Shown in pieces: positions 45,973 to 54,378 of a DNA stretch of 64,000 bases (its first letter is position 1; the number at the start of each line of letters is the position of its first letter). The notes below the pieces were generated by a model. It was not told where the DNA came from. It did no database searches and worked only from the letters and a program-made list of their open reading frames with translations. Where the stretch lies: IMG/VR virus record IMGVR_UViG_3300014050_000017, positions 16,134 through 80,133 of that record; one strand, written 5' to 3'. Source of the stretch: a virus. The position numbers were made by a program, and so were the translations under genes.

Positions 45973-46294
45973 GGAAGGCTCTAGTCTCTTCAATGATGGC
46001 GTCAATAACAACGTCATCAATTATCTGGGCTAGGTACTTATCTAAATTGTATGAGAGGGGTCTGATAGCCGCCTTGTGGGGCTCAGACATGGAGCCATAC
46101 TCCGAGTTATAAAACTCTTCTTCTTTGCTCTCTGGATACAGTACTTTGATGTCATCATTTTGATGACCAACCTGCACAGAGTTAATAAGCTCTTCAGACC
46201 ACCCAGATTTTTTGGCGCGGGAACGGAGGTCGTAAGTCATATCGTCTACGACCCTGCTAGCGTTATCTTTAATTAGATTTTCTACGCTTGACAC
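45965..46294 (-). CDS. putative neck/head-tail protein
   Basis: EYG..P...IRP motif; position. Confidence 0.5.
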   Translation of the reverse strand: MSSVENLIKDNASRVVDDMTYDLRSRAKKSGWSEELINSVQVGHQNDDIKVLYPESKEEEFYNSEYGSMSEPHKAAIRPLSYNLDKYLAQIIDDVVIDAIIEETRAFHG

Positions 46295-46427
46295 GCTTAG
46301 TCTTCTTCCCTAATAGGTACCCAGTCACAGCTCCAGCCAACATTGCCGCAGTGTGGGCCTGAGGAATAGCCTTGCCAATCTCTTCTCTGAAATCTGTATC
46401 AGAGGCTGAAGATATTTTTTCAGACAT
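46269..46427 (-). CDS. small hypothetical protein (52 aa, not in the track)
   Basis: MSEKISSASD...AMLAGAVTGYLLGKKTKRVKRRKSN*; fills the gap. Confidence 0.5.
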   Translation of the reverse strand: MSEKISSASDTDFREEIGKAIPQAHTAAMLAGAVTGYLLGKKTKRVKRRKSN

Positions 46428-46504
46428 GGACATCCTAGGTTTTCGCAGGGTACAACGCAGGGGTGAAGCTATGAATCCCGCATGGATTCACTACTAGGAT
46501 AAAG

Positions 46505-46528
46505 CAAAGGGCCCCTTTCGGGGCCCTA
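46505..46528 (-). terminator. intrinsic terminator after the Lys-rich microprotein array
   Basis: AGGGCCCC-GAAA-GGGGCCCT followed by TTGCTTT. Confidence 0.8.
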
Positions 46529-46534
46529 AGCGGA

Positions 46535-46738
46535 TTACTTCTTTTTTATCTTCTTGATAATAGCGGCATCAATCTTCTTGTCTTCCGCCATAGTCTTTGG
46601 CTTCTTCTTTTTGCCATGGGCTTTATCAGCCTTTTCAAACTTTGCCTTCTGAGCAGGGGTCATACCCTTGGTCATCTGGGCATCTTTCTTCTTGTCTTTG
46701 GCTTCTGTGTACTTGCCACTCATAAAACCTTTAGCCAT
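46535..46738 (-). CDS. Lys-rich microprotein 5
   Basis: 67 aa, K/A-rich; TAATG coupling. Confidence 0.75.
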   Translation of the reverse strand: MAKGFMSGKYTEAKDKKKDAQMTKGMTPAQKAKFEKADKAHGKKKKPKTMAEDKKIDAAIIKKIKKK

Positions 46739-46881
46739 TACATGCCCTTCTTTCTGACCATAGATGCTTTCTTAGCCTTTGCAGGTGCACCCTTCTTTGC
46801 AGCAAACTTCTTGTTCGCTGCCTGCAGGGTCTTCATTCCGTGCTTGTTCTTTGGTTGTCCACAGCCGCAAGTCGCGCACAT
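46738..46881 (-). CDS. Lys-rich microprotein 4 with N-terminal CxxCGC
   Basis: MCATCGCGQPKNKHGMKTLQAANKKFAAKKGAPAKAKKASMVRKKGM; TAATG on both sides. Confidence 0.75.
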   Translation of the reverse strand: MCATCGCGQPKNKHGMKTLQAANKKFAAKKGAPAKAKKASMVRKKGM

Positions 46882-47057
46882 TACTTCCTCTTTCCCTTAG
46901 CACGGAGGGCAGCAAAGTCAGAACCTTCTAGCTTTCCATCCTTATCTACATCAAGCTTCTTCTGCTTAGGTGACATGCCCTTTGGAGCAGCCTTCTTAGC
47001 AGCCTTCTTTGCAGGGGCTTTCTTTTTCTTACCCATACATCCACATGTAGCGCACAT
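46881..47057 (-). CDS. Lys-rich microprotein 3 with N-terminal CxxCGC and EF-hand-like loop
   Basis: MCATCGCMGKKKKAPAKKAAKK...LDVDKDGKLEGSDFAALR; TAATG on both sides. Confidence 0.75.
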   Translation of the reverse strand: MCATCGCMGKKKKAPAKKAAKKAAPKGMSPKQKKLDVDKDGKLEGSDFAALRAKGKRK

Positions 47058-47227
47058 TACTTTTTCTTCTTTCTTGCAGCAGCCATGTTGTCTACGAGGT
47101 TAGGATAGGGACGGCCTGCTGCTTTCGCCCTAGCCTTTGCAGATGCTTTCTGCGACTTACTAAGTTTACTGGATTTACCTGGGGTTGGGTCTTTCTTATC
47201 CCAGACTGGCTTATCTTTTTTTGCCAC
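47057..47227 (-). CDS. Lys-rich microprotein 2
   Basis: GTG after AAGGAG; ...KASAKARAKAAGRPYPNLVDNMAAARKKKK. Confidence 0.75.
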   Translation of the reverse strand: MAKKDKPVWDKKDPTPGKSSKLSKSQKASAKARAKAAGRPYPNLVDNMAAARKKKK

Positions 47228-47357
47228 TTGATGCTCCTTTTTTCTTAACTTTTTTAGGAAGAGCCTTACCCTTAGGGGTTTTTTCCTCCCACTCCTTAGC
47301 CATCTCTGGGTGCTTGGCGTACATGAACTTACGCTGCTGTTGAGATTTGAATGGCAT
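47211..47357 (-). CDS. Lys-rich microprotein 1
   Basis: MPFKSQQQRKFMYAKHPEMAKEWEEKTPKGKALPKKVKKK..; TAATG coupling. Confidence 0.75.
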   Translation of the reverse strand: MPFKSQQQRKFMYAKHPEMAKEWEEKTPKGKALPKKVKKKGASSGKKR

Positions 47358-47641
47358 TAGAATACTGTTGAGTAGACTACGGATACTGCGTTAGCACCCG
47401 TGGTGATAGCGGCTACTGCATATAGCTTGTCCCCAGCGTTAAGGTCAAATCTATAAGCAGAATCTTTCTTTACAGTAAGGCCTTTGTCTGCTCCAGAAGT
47501 AGCAACTTGAGCATCGCCAACATAGATAGAGTTATTATCGTCGTTAACGATTGTGACTGTAGTGGTAGGTTCTTTTGGTCCAAGGTGTACAAGTAGGACG
47601 GGAGTAGTTCCTACGGTAAACGCTTGATGATTTAAAGCCAT
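47357..47641 (-). CDS. small beta-rich virion-associated protein
   Basis: GGAGG RBS; beta-strand pattern. Confidence 0.65.
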   Translation of the reverse strand: MALNHQAFTVGTTPVLLVHLGPKEPTTTVTIVNDDNNSIYVGDAQVATSGADKGLTVKKDSAYRFDLNAGDKLYAVAAITTGANAVSVVYSTVF

Positions 47642-47649
47642 ATGGCCTC

Positions 47650-48180
47650 CTATTTAATGTACCCAGCAAGAGCTAGGAACTGTGGGTCATTGACCATTTC
47701 GTCGGCCATAACCTGCATACATTCTACAATGATGAGGGTATATCTTTCAGCAACAATGCCTGCCTGTTGAATAAAATAAGGGCGATAAACCTGGCCCTTC
47801 CATAGGATACGACCACGAGCTTGAAGGTCTGGGTTGCCAATGACTCCTGGTACAACGCGCTCAACATCTTCAGCGTTTAGGGTTAGGTGTAAAGAGTCAG
47901 CCCCATAGTAACCGCGCTGACTGTTCTTAATGCTTCCTTGTTTAATTACTGCACGAATAACAGGTAGGTCAAACGGGCCGCGCCAAATACGTCCACCTGT
48001 AGATGTAGATAGGTCTTGGCCAACATCGTAGATAGGGTCAAGCACAGTTGCTTCTGGGTCCCATACAAACCACTTAGCAGTAGTTCCTACAGGTCTCTTG
48101 AGGTCTTTATCAATACCGTCTAGGACCTTGTTGGTTTCAAAGTCTGCGTCAAAACGACCGCCTGGTGCGTGAGCTCTCAT
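47650..48180 (-). CDS. putative head closure / head-tail joining protein
   Basis: Position in the morphogenesis block; DPIYD.G, RI.W.G..Y. Confidence 0.5.
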   Translation of the reverse strand: MRAHAPGGRFDADFETNKVLDGIDKDLKRPVGTTAKWFVWDPEATVLDPIYDVGQDLSTSTGGRIWRGPFDLPVIRAVIKQGSIKNSQRGYYGADSLHLTLNAEDVERVVPGVIGNPDLQARGRILWKGQVYRPYFIQQAGIVAERYTLIIVECMQVMADEMVNDPQFLALAGYIK

Positions 48181-49235
48181 TCTACTCCCTGTTTGTAGAA
48201 TACAAGGTTACCCACTATTCGTTCGTCTGTAGGGCTCAACTCCGCCGCAGTAGTGCCATACTCAAGTGCTTTTTCTTTCTCTCCAATCATAAACGCACAT
48301 ACGGCTGCTAGGTCGTATGGCTGAGAGCCCCAGGCAAAAGCCTCATTTAAATAGTCCATACTCTTGTGTTTAATATTGATTGCCTTCTTAGCCCACATGT
48401 AACACTCTTCAATGCGTCCTTGGTCGTAGTGGTATTGGGCAAGCTCAACGTAAGCCTCTCGTTTACCAGGCTCTTCTTGAATAGCTAGCTTCCACCACTT
48501 AAGTTTTTCCGATTCTTCTGTAGAACATTTTGCTATGTACCGCATGGATGCGGCTCGTTCAGCTTTCCATATTGCCTTAGGTAAAGACAAATGACGTTTA
48601 AATTCAACTAACGCTTCTTCATATTTGCCATGGAAGAACAGCTCACGAGCGTAGTAGTATGCGTTGCGGTCATTGTGTGGGTCTTCCTCTACAGATAATT
48701 TAAGTAGCGGTAGATACTGTCCACGAGACTTGGTGTCATCAGCCTTGTGCCATAGTCCAAGCTGTGTCCAATATTCTTTTTCTACAAGTCGGTCGGTATA
48801 TAAACATTCGTGGACAGGGTGCATCCATCTATACCCATATCGAGCATGAATCTTGTCTCCACCAAAAGTAAGACCTGGGGTACCATCTGGATTAAAGTTC
48901 CATGTGTAGTTGTAGCGTATACGTGTTGTACCAGCTGGAACTTTCTCCATCTCTTCACGCCAACCAGGAGCAAGCATCTCATCCATATCTAGGGAAATGC
49001 AGTAGTCAATATCATCTGGTAATAAAGCTAGGGCTGCGTTGCGGGCGTCATCGAAGCGCCATGGACGTATGCTAATTTTGTGGCACACAATTCCTAGGGC
49101 TTCAGCCTTACTCACAGTCTCATCAACAGAGCCTGTGTCAGCAATCATTAGGTAGTCAGCTTCTTTAGCTGATTCATACCAGCGTTCTACAAACTGTTCC
49201 TCATTTAATGCGATGGTGTATACGGCTATTTTCAT
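48177..49235 (-). CDS. glycosyltransferase family 2 with TPR repeats
   Basis: YTIALNEE, ADTGS.D, RFD.ARN, LDMDE (DxD), HPVHE; helical TPR C-terminus. Confidence 0.9.
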   Translation of the reverse strand: MKIAVYTIALNEEQFVERWYESAKEADYLMIADTGSVDETVSKAEALGIVCHKISIRPWRFDDARNAALALLPDDIDYCISLDMDEMLAPGWREEMEKVPAGTTRIRYNYTWNFNPDGTPGLTFGGDKIHARYGYRWMHPVHECLYTDRLVEKEYWTQLGLWHKADDTKSRGQYLPLLKLSVEEDPHNDRNAYYYARELFFHGKYEEALVEFKRHLSLPKAIWKAERAASMRYIAKCSTEESEKLKWWKLAIQEEPGKREAYVELAQYHYDQGRIEECYMWAKKAINIKHKSMDYLNEAFAWGSQPYDLAAVCAFMIGEKEKALEYGTTAAELSPTDERIVGNLVFYKQGVE

Positions 49236-49250
49236 AAGTACAGTATAAAT

Positions 49251-49285
49251 TAAAAAACCCCCAGGTTGTAGTCTGGGGGCTTTTC
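49251..49285 (-). terminator. intrinsic terminator
   Basis: CCCCCAG/CTGGGGG stem plus T-run on the - strand. Confidence 0.75.
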
Positions 49286-49294
49286 TAATCTATA

Positions 49295-49678
49295 TTAGAC
49301 GAGGTTTGAGAACTCTAGACGTCCATAGATGGTTGTTCCACCGTCTGGGGAGTAGAAAGTTAAAACTGATGCATTTGTACCAGAAGCAATGGTTGGAGCA
49401 GAGCCGCCATCCCATGTAACTCCGTTAAATGCAACTGCGTTAGCGCCACGGTTACGGACTTCAACCTGCCAACGAGTTCCGTAACCAGAAGGCACGCCTG
49501 TCCAGTTAACAGTTACCGCACCAACAAGGTTGGTGATGCGGATAAATGAACCGTTAGTAGGGTTGATGCTAAGTGTTCCCGTTGCTGCAGAGAAGGTCTG
49601 AAGACGGCCAGTAACCCCCACATTAATGTAGGCATCATTTGACTGAGTCAATACCGTTGGCTGTGAGGAAATTGCCAT
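49295..49678 (-). CDS. tail fibre-associated protein
   Basis: W..G.APT...VL.F...DGG.T.YG fibre-tip-like motif. Confidence 0.55.
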   Translation of the reverse strand: MAISSQPTVLTQSNDAYINVGVTGRLQTFSAATGTLSINPTNGSFIRITNLVGAVTVNWTGVPSGYGTRWQVEVRNRGANAVAFNGVTWDGGSAPTIASGTNASVLTFYSPDGGTTIYGRLEFSNLV

Positions 49679-49956
49679 TACTTGCTCGCTTTCTTTTCTT
49701 CTTTAGGAGCTTCAACTTCCTTTGCGGCTTCTGGGTCATCAAACCCAGCGCCATTCCAAAGGTCTTTAGCTGCGTCTGGGACTGCAGGTGGAAGCCATGC
49801 ACCGTTATGGCGTTCCCAGCCACGTGATGGTTCTGGTTCCAAGCCGTCAATTTGAACTACTTCAAAAAGAAGTCCAAGAGGTCCAAGAGCATCAATATCA
49901 TCAGCAACCTGTACCTGTGTAATTTTATCGTTATCAACGAGTGCGTATTTAGCCAT
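49678..49956 (-). CDS. putative tail fibre assembly protein
   Basis: MAKYALVD...V....GW..G.W.PP motif after the Gly-rich fibre. Confidence 0.55.
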   Translation of the reverse strand: MAKYALVDNDKITQVQVADDIDALGPLGLLFEVVQIDGLEPEPSRGWERHNGAWLPPAVPDAAKDLWNGAGFDDPEAAKEVEAPKEEKKASK

Positions 49957-49967
49957 TATCTATCTCC

Positions 49968-52900
49968 TTAGAGTACTGCCTTGTCGAACCAGCGAATCAT
50001 AGCGTAGCCATCTGCGCCGTTACCGCCGAATGACATGTAGCCGTAGTACTGGCAACCACCAAAGTCAACGTCAATGACATCGCCAGCATCCATGTATAGG
50101 AGCTCCCATGTAACATCGAAGAATGATGCATCTGCTGGAGCTGCCAGTGTCTGCCAGTAACCTGAGGTAGCGCCTGTAGCACCTAAGAAGGTAACAGTGT
50201 TAACACCAGAGAACTGGATATCAAATGGAGGGCGGTCTTCACGAATGATGACGTTGCGGTCATTCTTCCAACGAACTGTTGGACGTACACGCTTTGGCAA
50301 ACCAGTGAACTGGGATGATGTTGCACCACCAGGAGCAGTTGTTAGACGTGCAGCCACACCAGGGAATACTAGTGGGATACGTGGAAGGATTGGGAAGGAC
50401 TGCCATGAGGTTGTTACCTTAGCATTACCTGTATCCTGAATTGTTACACGAAGTGAGTTAGTTCCGTACATGATGGAACCACCAACAATTGAGGTAGAAG
50501 CATTGTAAATTGGATTCCACTTAAAGAATTCAGATGAAAGCGCTTCATAGTTAACCGCTGCGTTAGCAGAGTTGTGGTTAAGCAGTGTGTTAGGTGTGTT
50601 AGTCCAGTTAGAACCACCACCACCGCCACCTGCGCCAGTGTTAGCAATAGCATCAAGACCACGAGCATAGTAGTCACCAGTGGTTGAAGCTTGTGTAATC
50701 AACCATGTTGGAGCACCCTTACCGCCACCGTTCTGGCCAATACCAGGGGTTGCTTGAGTAATAGAGTTAGATGCGTTCCAACCAGCGCCACCGCCGCCAC
50801 CACCAAGTGGAATGCCTTGAGGTGAGCCTGAGTTAAGGCCGTTAAGTAGAACACCAGGACCGCCATGACCAGCTTCACCCATTACGTGGCCGTTGTTGGT
50901 GTTGGAGTTGGTTACTGCGTAACCACCAAGGTGACCGCGTAGAGGCCAGGTCTGAATAGCACCACCAGCAGATGTACGGTAACCATCTTGTGAGTTACCA
51001 CCAGATACACCTACACCGTAGTAACGAGCAGGCTGTCCGTATCCACCAGCACCAGCGCCACCGCCCGCAAGGGTTGTAACAGTGCTACCGCCTTGAATTG
51101 CGTGGCCACCGTTGTTGCCACCTTCAAGACCATACTGCCAGTGACGTGAGTTGGAATTCCAAGTACCACCACCTCCGCCGCCTTCTGCAGCAAGTGTTCC
51201 AAGAGAAGAAACAATTGGAGTCATACCTGGCTGACCAGCGTAGAAGAAGTTGACGTTATCAACTCTCTTGTAGGTAGTAAGGGTAGCTGCTGGTTCAAGC
51301 TGTGGAGCAACGATGTGGTGTTCAATTGCTGAACCAGTTACTGATTGGGCACCGTTAAGCTGCATAATACCAAACTTAGCAAAACGAGCAGTTATTGGTG
51401 ATGTAGCACCATTTACAGTAACACGTACTGGATAGGTAACGTTAGGCATCTGCTGTGTAGATGTTGCTACACCAGAGATTGGCAAGAATACGTTGTTACC
51501 TTCTGTACGAAGTACAGAGTTGTAATCAGCATCAAAATATTCAATGTAGGCACGTACTGGGCGGTATTGATTAGATGTACCAGTAGCAACTACGAATGCA
51601 GAACCTGAGTACTGAGTATTAGGTGATACACGTACAAAGCGGTGAGAAGTCTCAAGGTTTGAACCTGATGCAGAGTTAGTCTGCATAAGCATTGACTGAG
51701 CCTCACGGTACACAGGCATACGCCATGTGGTGCAGGTGTTACCAACTTCAAGCTGTAGGTTATCAATATAATAGTTTACTGAACCTTGCTGGAACACAAT
51801 CACAGGGTGAATAAACTGTGGTGTTGAACCGAACGCATACTGACCATTAGCAAGTGTGGTACCGATTGCTGGGGTTGTGAATGTCGCAGAAATACGGCGC
51901 CATCCTGTCTGACCAGCTGTTGTTGCTGAGCTAAGAATCTGAATGTTGCTTGGGTTAGCAAATGTAACAGTTGTAGAGCTAAGTGGAGACTGGGTAGTCT
52001 TGTTGATACCGATTGTGTTACCAGCAACGCTGCTAACACGAGTATCCGACTGAAGTCCAGAACCAGTAACAACCATACCAATCAAGATACCTGTTGTATC
52101 TGTAACGGTCATTGAGGTTGCGCCATTAGCAGCTGTAGCAGTAGTTGATACAGAACCGCCGTACCCAGCAAGTGGCTGAGGTGTAGCTTGACGGACAAAG
52201 AATCCGTTAGCCTGACCAGCATCAATTGAGTTTGAAGTACCTGAGTTAGAGCCGCCAGTGTAGACAACGTTTGAAACTGCGTTCCAAGAAGCGCCTGCTG
52301 AACGAAGCTGGAATAGAAGTGATGTAGTTTGAGAAACATCAACGTTTGTAGAGATATAGCAGCTCATTGTGTAGCTAGCGCCTGGGATATATGGAACACC
52401 TTGGGTACCTGTAGATGTCTGGGTACCGTTAGATGTTGATGTTGAGTTCATTGTTGAGAACTGAACCCATGTAGCAGCACCGCTAGTTGTTGATACGCTA
52501 GTACCAGCAATAAGCGCGTTAACACCAGATGCGCCTGAGTAAGAAATTGTTACTGCACCATTAGTTGCGTTCTGTGTAGCAGCTGCAGAAACTGTAACCT
52601 GTGTAGAGCTATCAACGCTAAGGATTGTTGTTCCTGTAGCAAACATAGTTCCTACGATGTACATGTTTGGATAAACATCCAAAGTAGAGTTGAGAGTTAC
52701 TGTGGTTGAGGAAAGGGTTGTTGTAGCTGTACGGCTGTATCCACCAACCATTTCTGGAAGCTTAGCTGGTACACCTGTATTAGCTACGGTAAAGGATGCA
52801 AGTGCGGTTCCAAATTGACGTACTAAGTTGTTTGAAACGATTGTAGCATCTTCTAGCTGAGCAACCTGAGGCTGTAGGATGTTGTTTGATAGGTTCTGTG

Positions 52901-53636
52901 TGTATGGAGAACCTGCTGTATTACCAGCCTGTGTGTTATTTGTAATGTCTGAACCAGCAGAAGAGATGTTGTGGAAGAACACGTTTGATGGACGTACAAC
53001 AGACTCACCTTGTGAAAAACCAACAACAGTAGCAACTGTACCTGTGTTAGCCACTGATACGCTAACTACGTTTCCTGAGATACCTACGATGTTAGCGTTA
53101 GCTCCAAGGTTAGTACCAGTTACACGCTGACCTACAGATAGACCAGCAGCATTTGGATACACAGTAATAGCAGATGCACCAGAAACACCAGTTGCTGAAC
53201 GGTAGTATGTAGCTGAATCCCATGACTGAATGCTGTAATCAAAGTCTGGGTTTACAAGAAGGTTTGCAATAGTAATGTTACCAAAAATGGTTGCTGAACC
53301 ATTACCGCCAGGAAGGGTGTTGGTTGTATCAGCAGCACCGTTAATTGCGCCCTGACCACCTTGTCCACCTGCACCAATTGTTACAGAGTAGGTTGTTCCA
53401 GGAACAACTGTTAGGTTACGAACGATTACCTGACCACCAGCGCCACCGCCACCAGCTATGTCTTGAGAACCGCCGCCGCCACCGCCGCCGCCACCAACGA
53501 GGATGACCTGAGCACTGGTTACACCAGCAGGAGCAGTCCAGGTACCACTGGCTGTAAAGGTGGCCTCTTGAATAAACAAACGACCCGAATTGTCATTCGG
53601 GAAGACAATAAAGTCTTTACTTGAGGAGATTGCCAT
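49968..53636 (-). CDS. glycine-rich tail fibre/receptor-binding protein with inserted CBM-like domains
   Basis: FTASGTWTAPAGVT..V.LVGGGGGG, NTGAGGGGG, GG.GADGY..IR; NPDF, YTMS.Y, QLE.G CBM-like segments. Confidence 0.75.
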   Translation of the reverse strand: MAISSSKDFIVFPNDNSGRLFIQEATFTASGTWTAPAGVTSAQVILVGGGGGGGGGSQDIAGGGGAGGQVIVRNLTVVPGTTYSVTIGAGGQGGQGAINGAADTTNTLPGGNGSATIFGNITIANLLVNPDFDYSIQSWDSATYYRSATGVSGASAITVYPNAAGLSVGQRVTGTNLGANANIVGISGNVVSVSVANTGTVATVVGFSQGESVVRPSNVFFHNISSAGSDITNNTQAGNTAGSPYTQNLSNNILQPQVAQLEDATIVSNNLVRQFGTALASFTVANTGVPAKLPEMVGGYSRTATTTLSSTTVTLNSTLDVYPNMYIVGTMFATGTTILSVDSSTQVTVSAAATQNATNGAVTISYSGASGVNALIAGTSVSTTSGAATWVQFSTMNSTSTSNGTQTSTGTQGVPYIPGASYTMSCYISTNVDVSQTTSLLFQLRSAGASWNAVSNVVYTGGSNSGTSNSIDAGQANGFFVRQATPQPLAGYGGSVSTTATAANGATSMTVTDTTGILIGMVVTGSGLQSDTRVSSVAGNTIGINKTTQSPLSSTTVTFANPSNIQILSSATTAGQTGWRRISATFTTPAIGTTLANGQYAFGSTPQFIHPVIVFQQGSVNYYIDNLQLEVGNTCTTWRMPVYREAQSMLMQTNSASGSNLETSHRFVRVSPNTQYSGSAFVVATGTSNQYRPVRAYIEYFDADYNSVLRTEGNNVFLPISGVATSTQQMPNVTYPVRVTVNGATSPITARFAKFGIMQLNGAQSVTGSAIEHHIVAPQLEPAATLTTYKRVDNVNFFYAGQPGMTPIVSSLGTLAAEGGGGGGTWNSNSRHWQYGLEGGNNGGHAIQGGSTVTTLAGGGAGAGGYGQPARYYGVGVSGGNSQDGYRTSAGGAIQTWPLRGHLGGYAVTNSNTNNGHVMGEAGHGGPGVLLNGLNSGSPQGIPLGGGGGGAGWNASNSITQATPGIGQNGGGKGAPTWLITQASTTGDYYARGLDAIANTGAGGGGGGSNWTNTPNTLLNHNSANAAVNYEALSSEFFKWNPIYNASTSIVGGSIMYGTNSLRVTIQDTGNAKVTTSWQSFPILPRIPLVFPGVAARLTTAPGGATSSQFTGLPKRVRPTVRWKNDRNVIIREDRPPFDIQFSGVNTVTFLGATGATSGYWQTLAAPADASFFDVTWELLYMDAGDVIDVDFGGCQYYGYMSFGGNGADGYAMIRWFDKAVL

Positions 53637-53660
53637 TTATATACCTGTCCTTTTCCTTTA

Positions 53661-53966
53661 TTAAGAAATCAATACGCCTGAAATCAAAACGTCAACTGCA
53701 GAACCAACGTCTGCTGTGACTGAAATTGTTTCAGCTGCGTTCAAAACTACGCGAGCATCAAAGTTTACAGTGCCGTTTGCTGGTACTTGTAGACCCTGGC
53801 AAAACGCAAAACCACCAGTTGTGACGGTCACTGTTCTTGTTGCTGCAGTCTTATTTGCTAAGACCACATTTGTGATAATTGCTGTGTTAAGAGCTGGAAC
53901 CGAATAAGCGCTGCCATCCGTGGTTCCAGCGGTAAGTGCCCTAAAGCGGGTTACGGTTGTAGGCAT
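53661..53966 (-). CDS. small virion protein
   Basis: YSVPA...I..V.LAN; beta-rich. Confidence 0.6.
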   Translation of the reverse strand: MPTTVTRFRALTAGTTDGSAYSVPALNTAIITNVVLANKTAATRTVTVTTGGFAFCQGLQVPANGTVNFDARVVLNAAETISVTADVGSAVDVLISGVLIS

Positions 53967-54304
53967 TAGTCGAGTACTCCTATATACGCTAGTACGGTTA
54001 AGTTATCAGCTGCTGCATTTACTGCAGCAAGCCTGCTTGCTCCTGCAGCATTTACTGCAGAGACCTGTGTTGTGCCTGCGGTGTTAACAGCAGTTACCTG
54101 TGTTGTACCAGCAGTTGTGATTGCTGTTACGCGGTCAGCGGTTGCAGCAACAATATCGTTGACACCGAGAAGGGTGCCCATAGTTTCAAGAGCTTTAGCA
54201 ACATAGATGAGGTCTTGTGCAGTATATGTACTAGCGTTTAAGCTAGCAGTAATTTCTGACTTAACCGCCTCAATCTGCGTGCTAAGCGATGTATAGTCTG
54301 GCAT
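53966..54304 (-). CDS. fibre-associated protein with AGTTQV repeats
   Basis: Tandem 11-aa repeats (TAGTTQVTAVN). Confidence 0.6.
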   Translation of the reverse strand: MPDYTSLSTQIEAVKSEITASLNASTYTAQDLIYVAKALETMGTLLGVNDIVAATADRVTAITTAGTTQVTAVNTAGTTQVSAVNAAGASRLAAVNAAADNLTVLAYIGVLD

Positions 54305-54378
54305 ACGGGATTACCTACCTTCCGAGGTCATTAAAAGTATAGCGTTTTTAAATATAGGGTCACCGTAAACCATAGATA

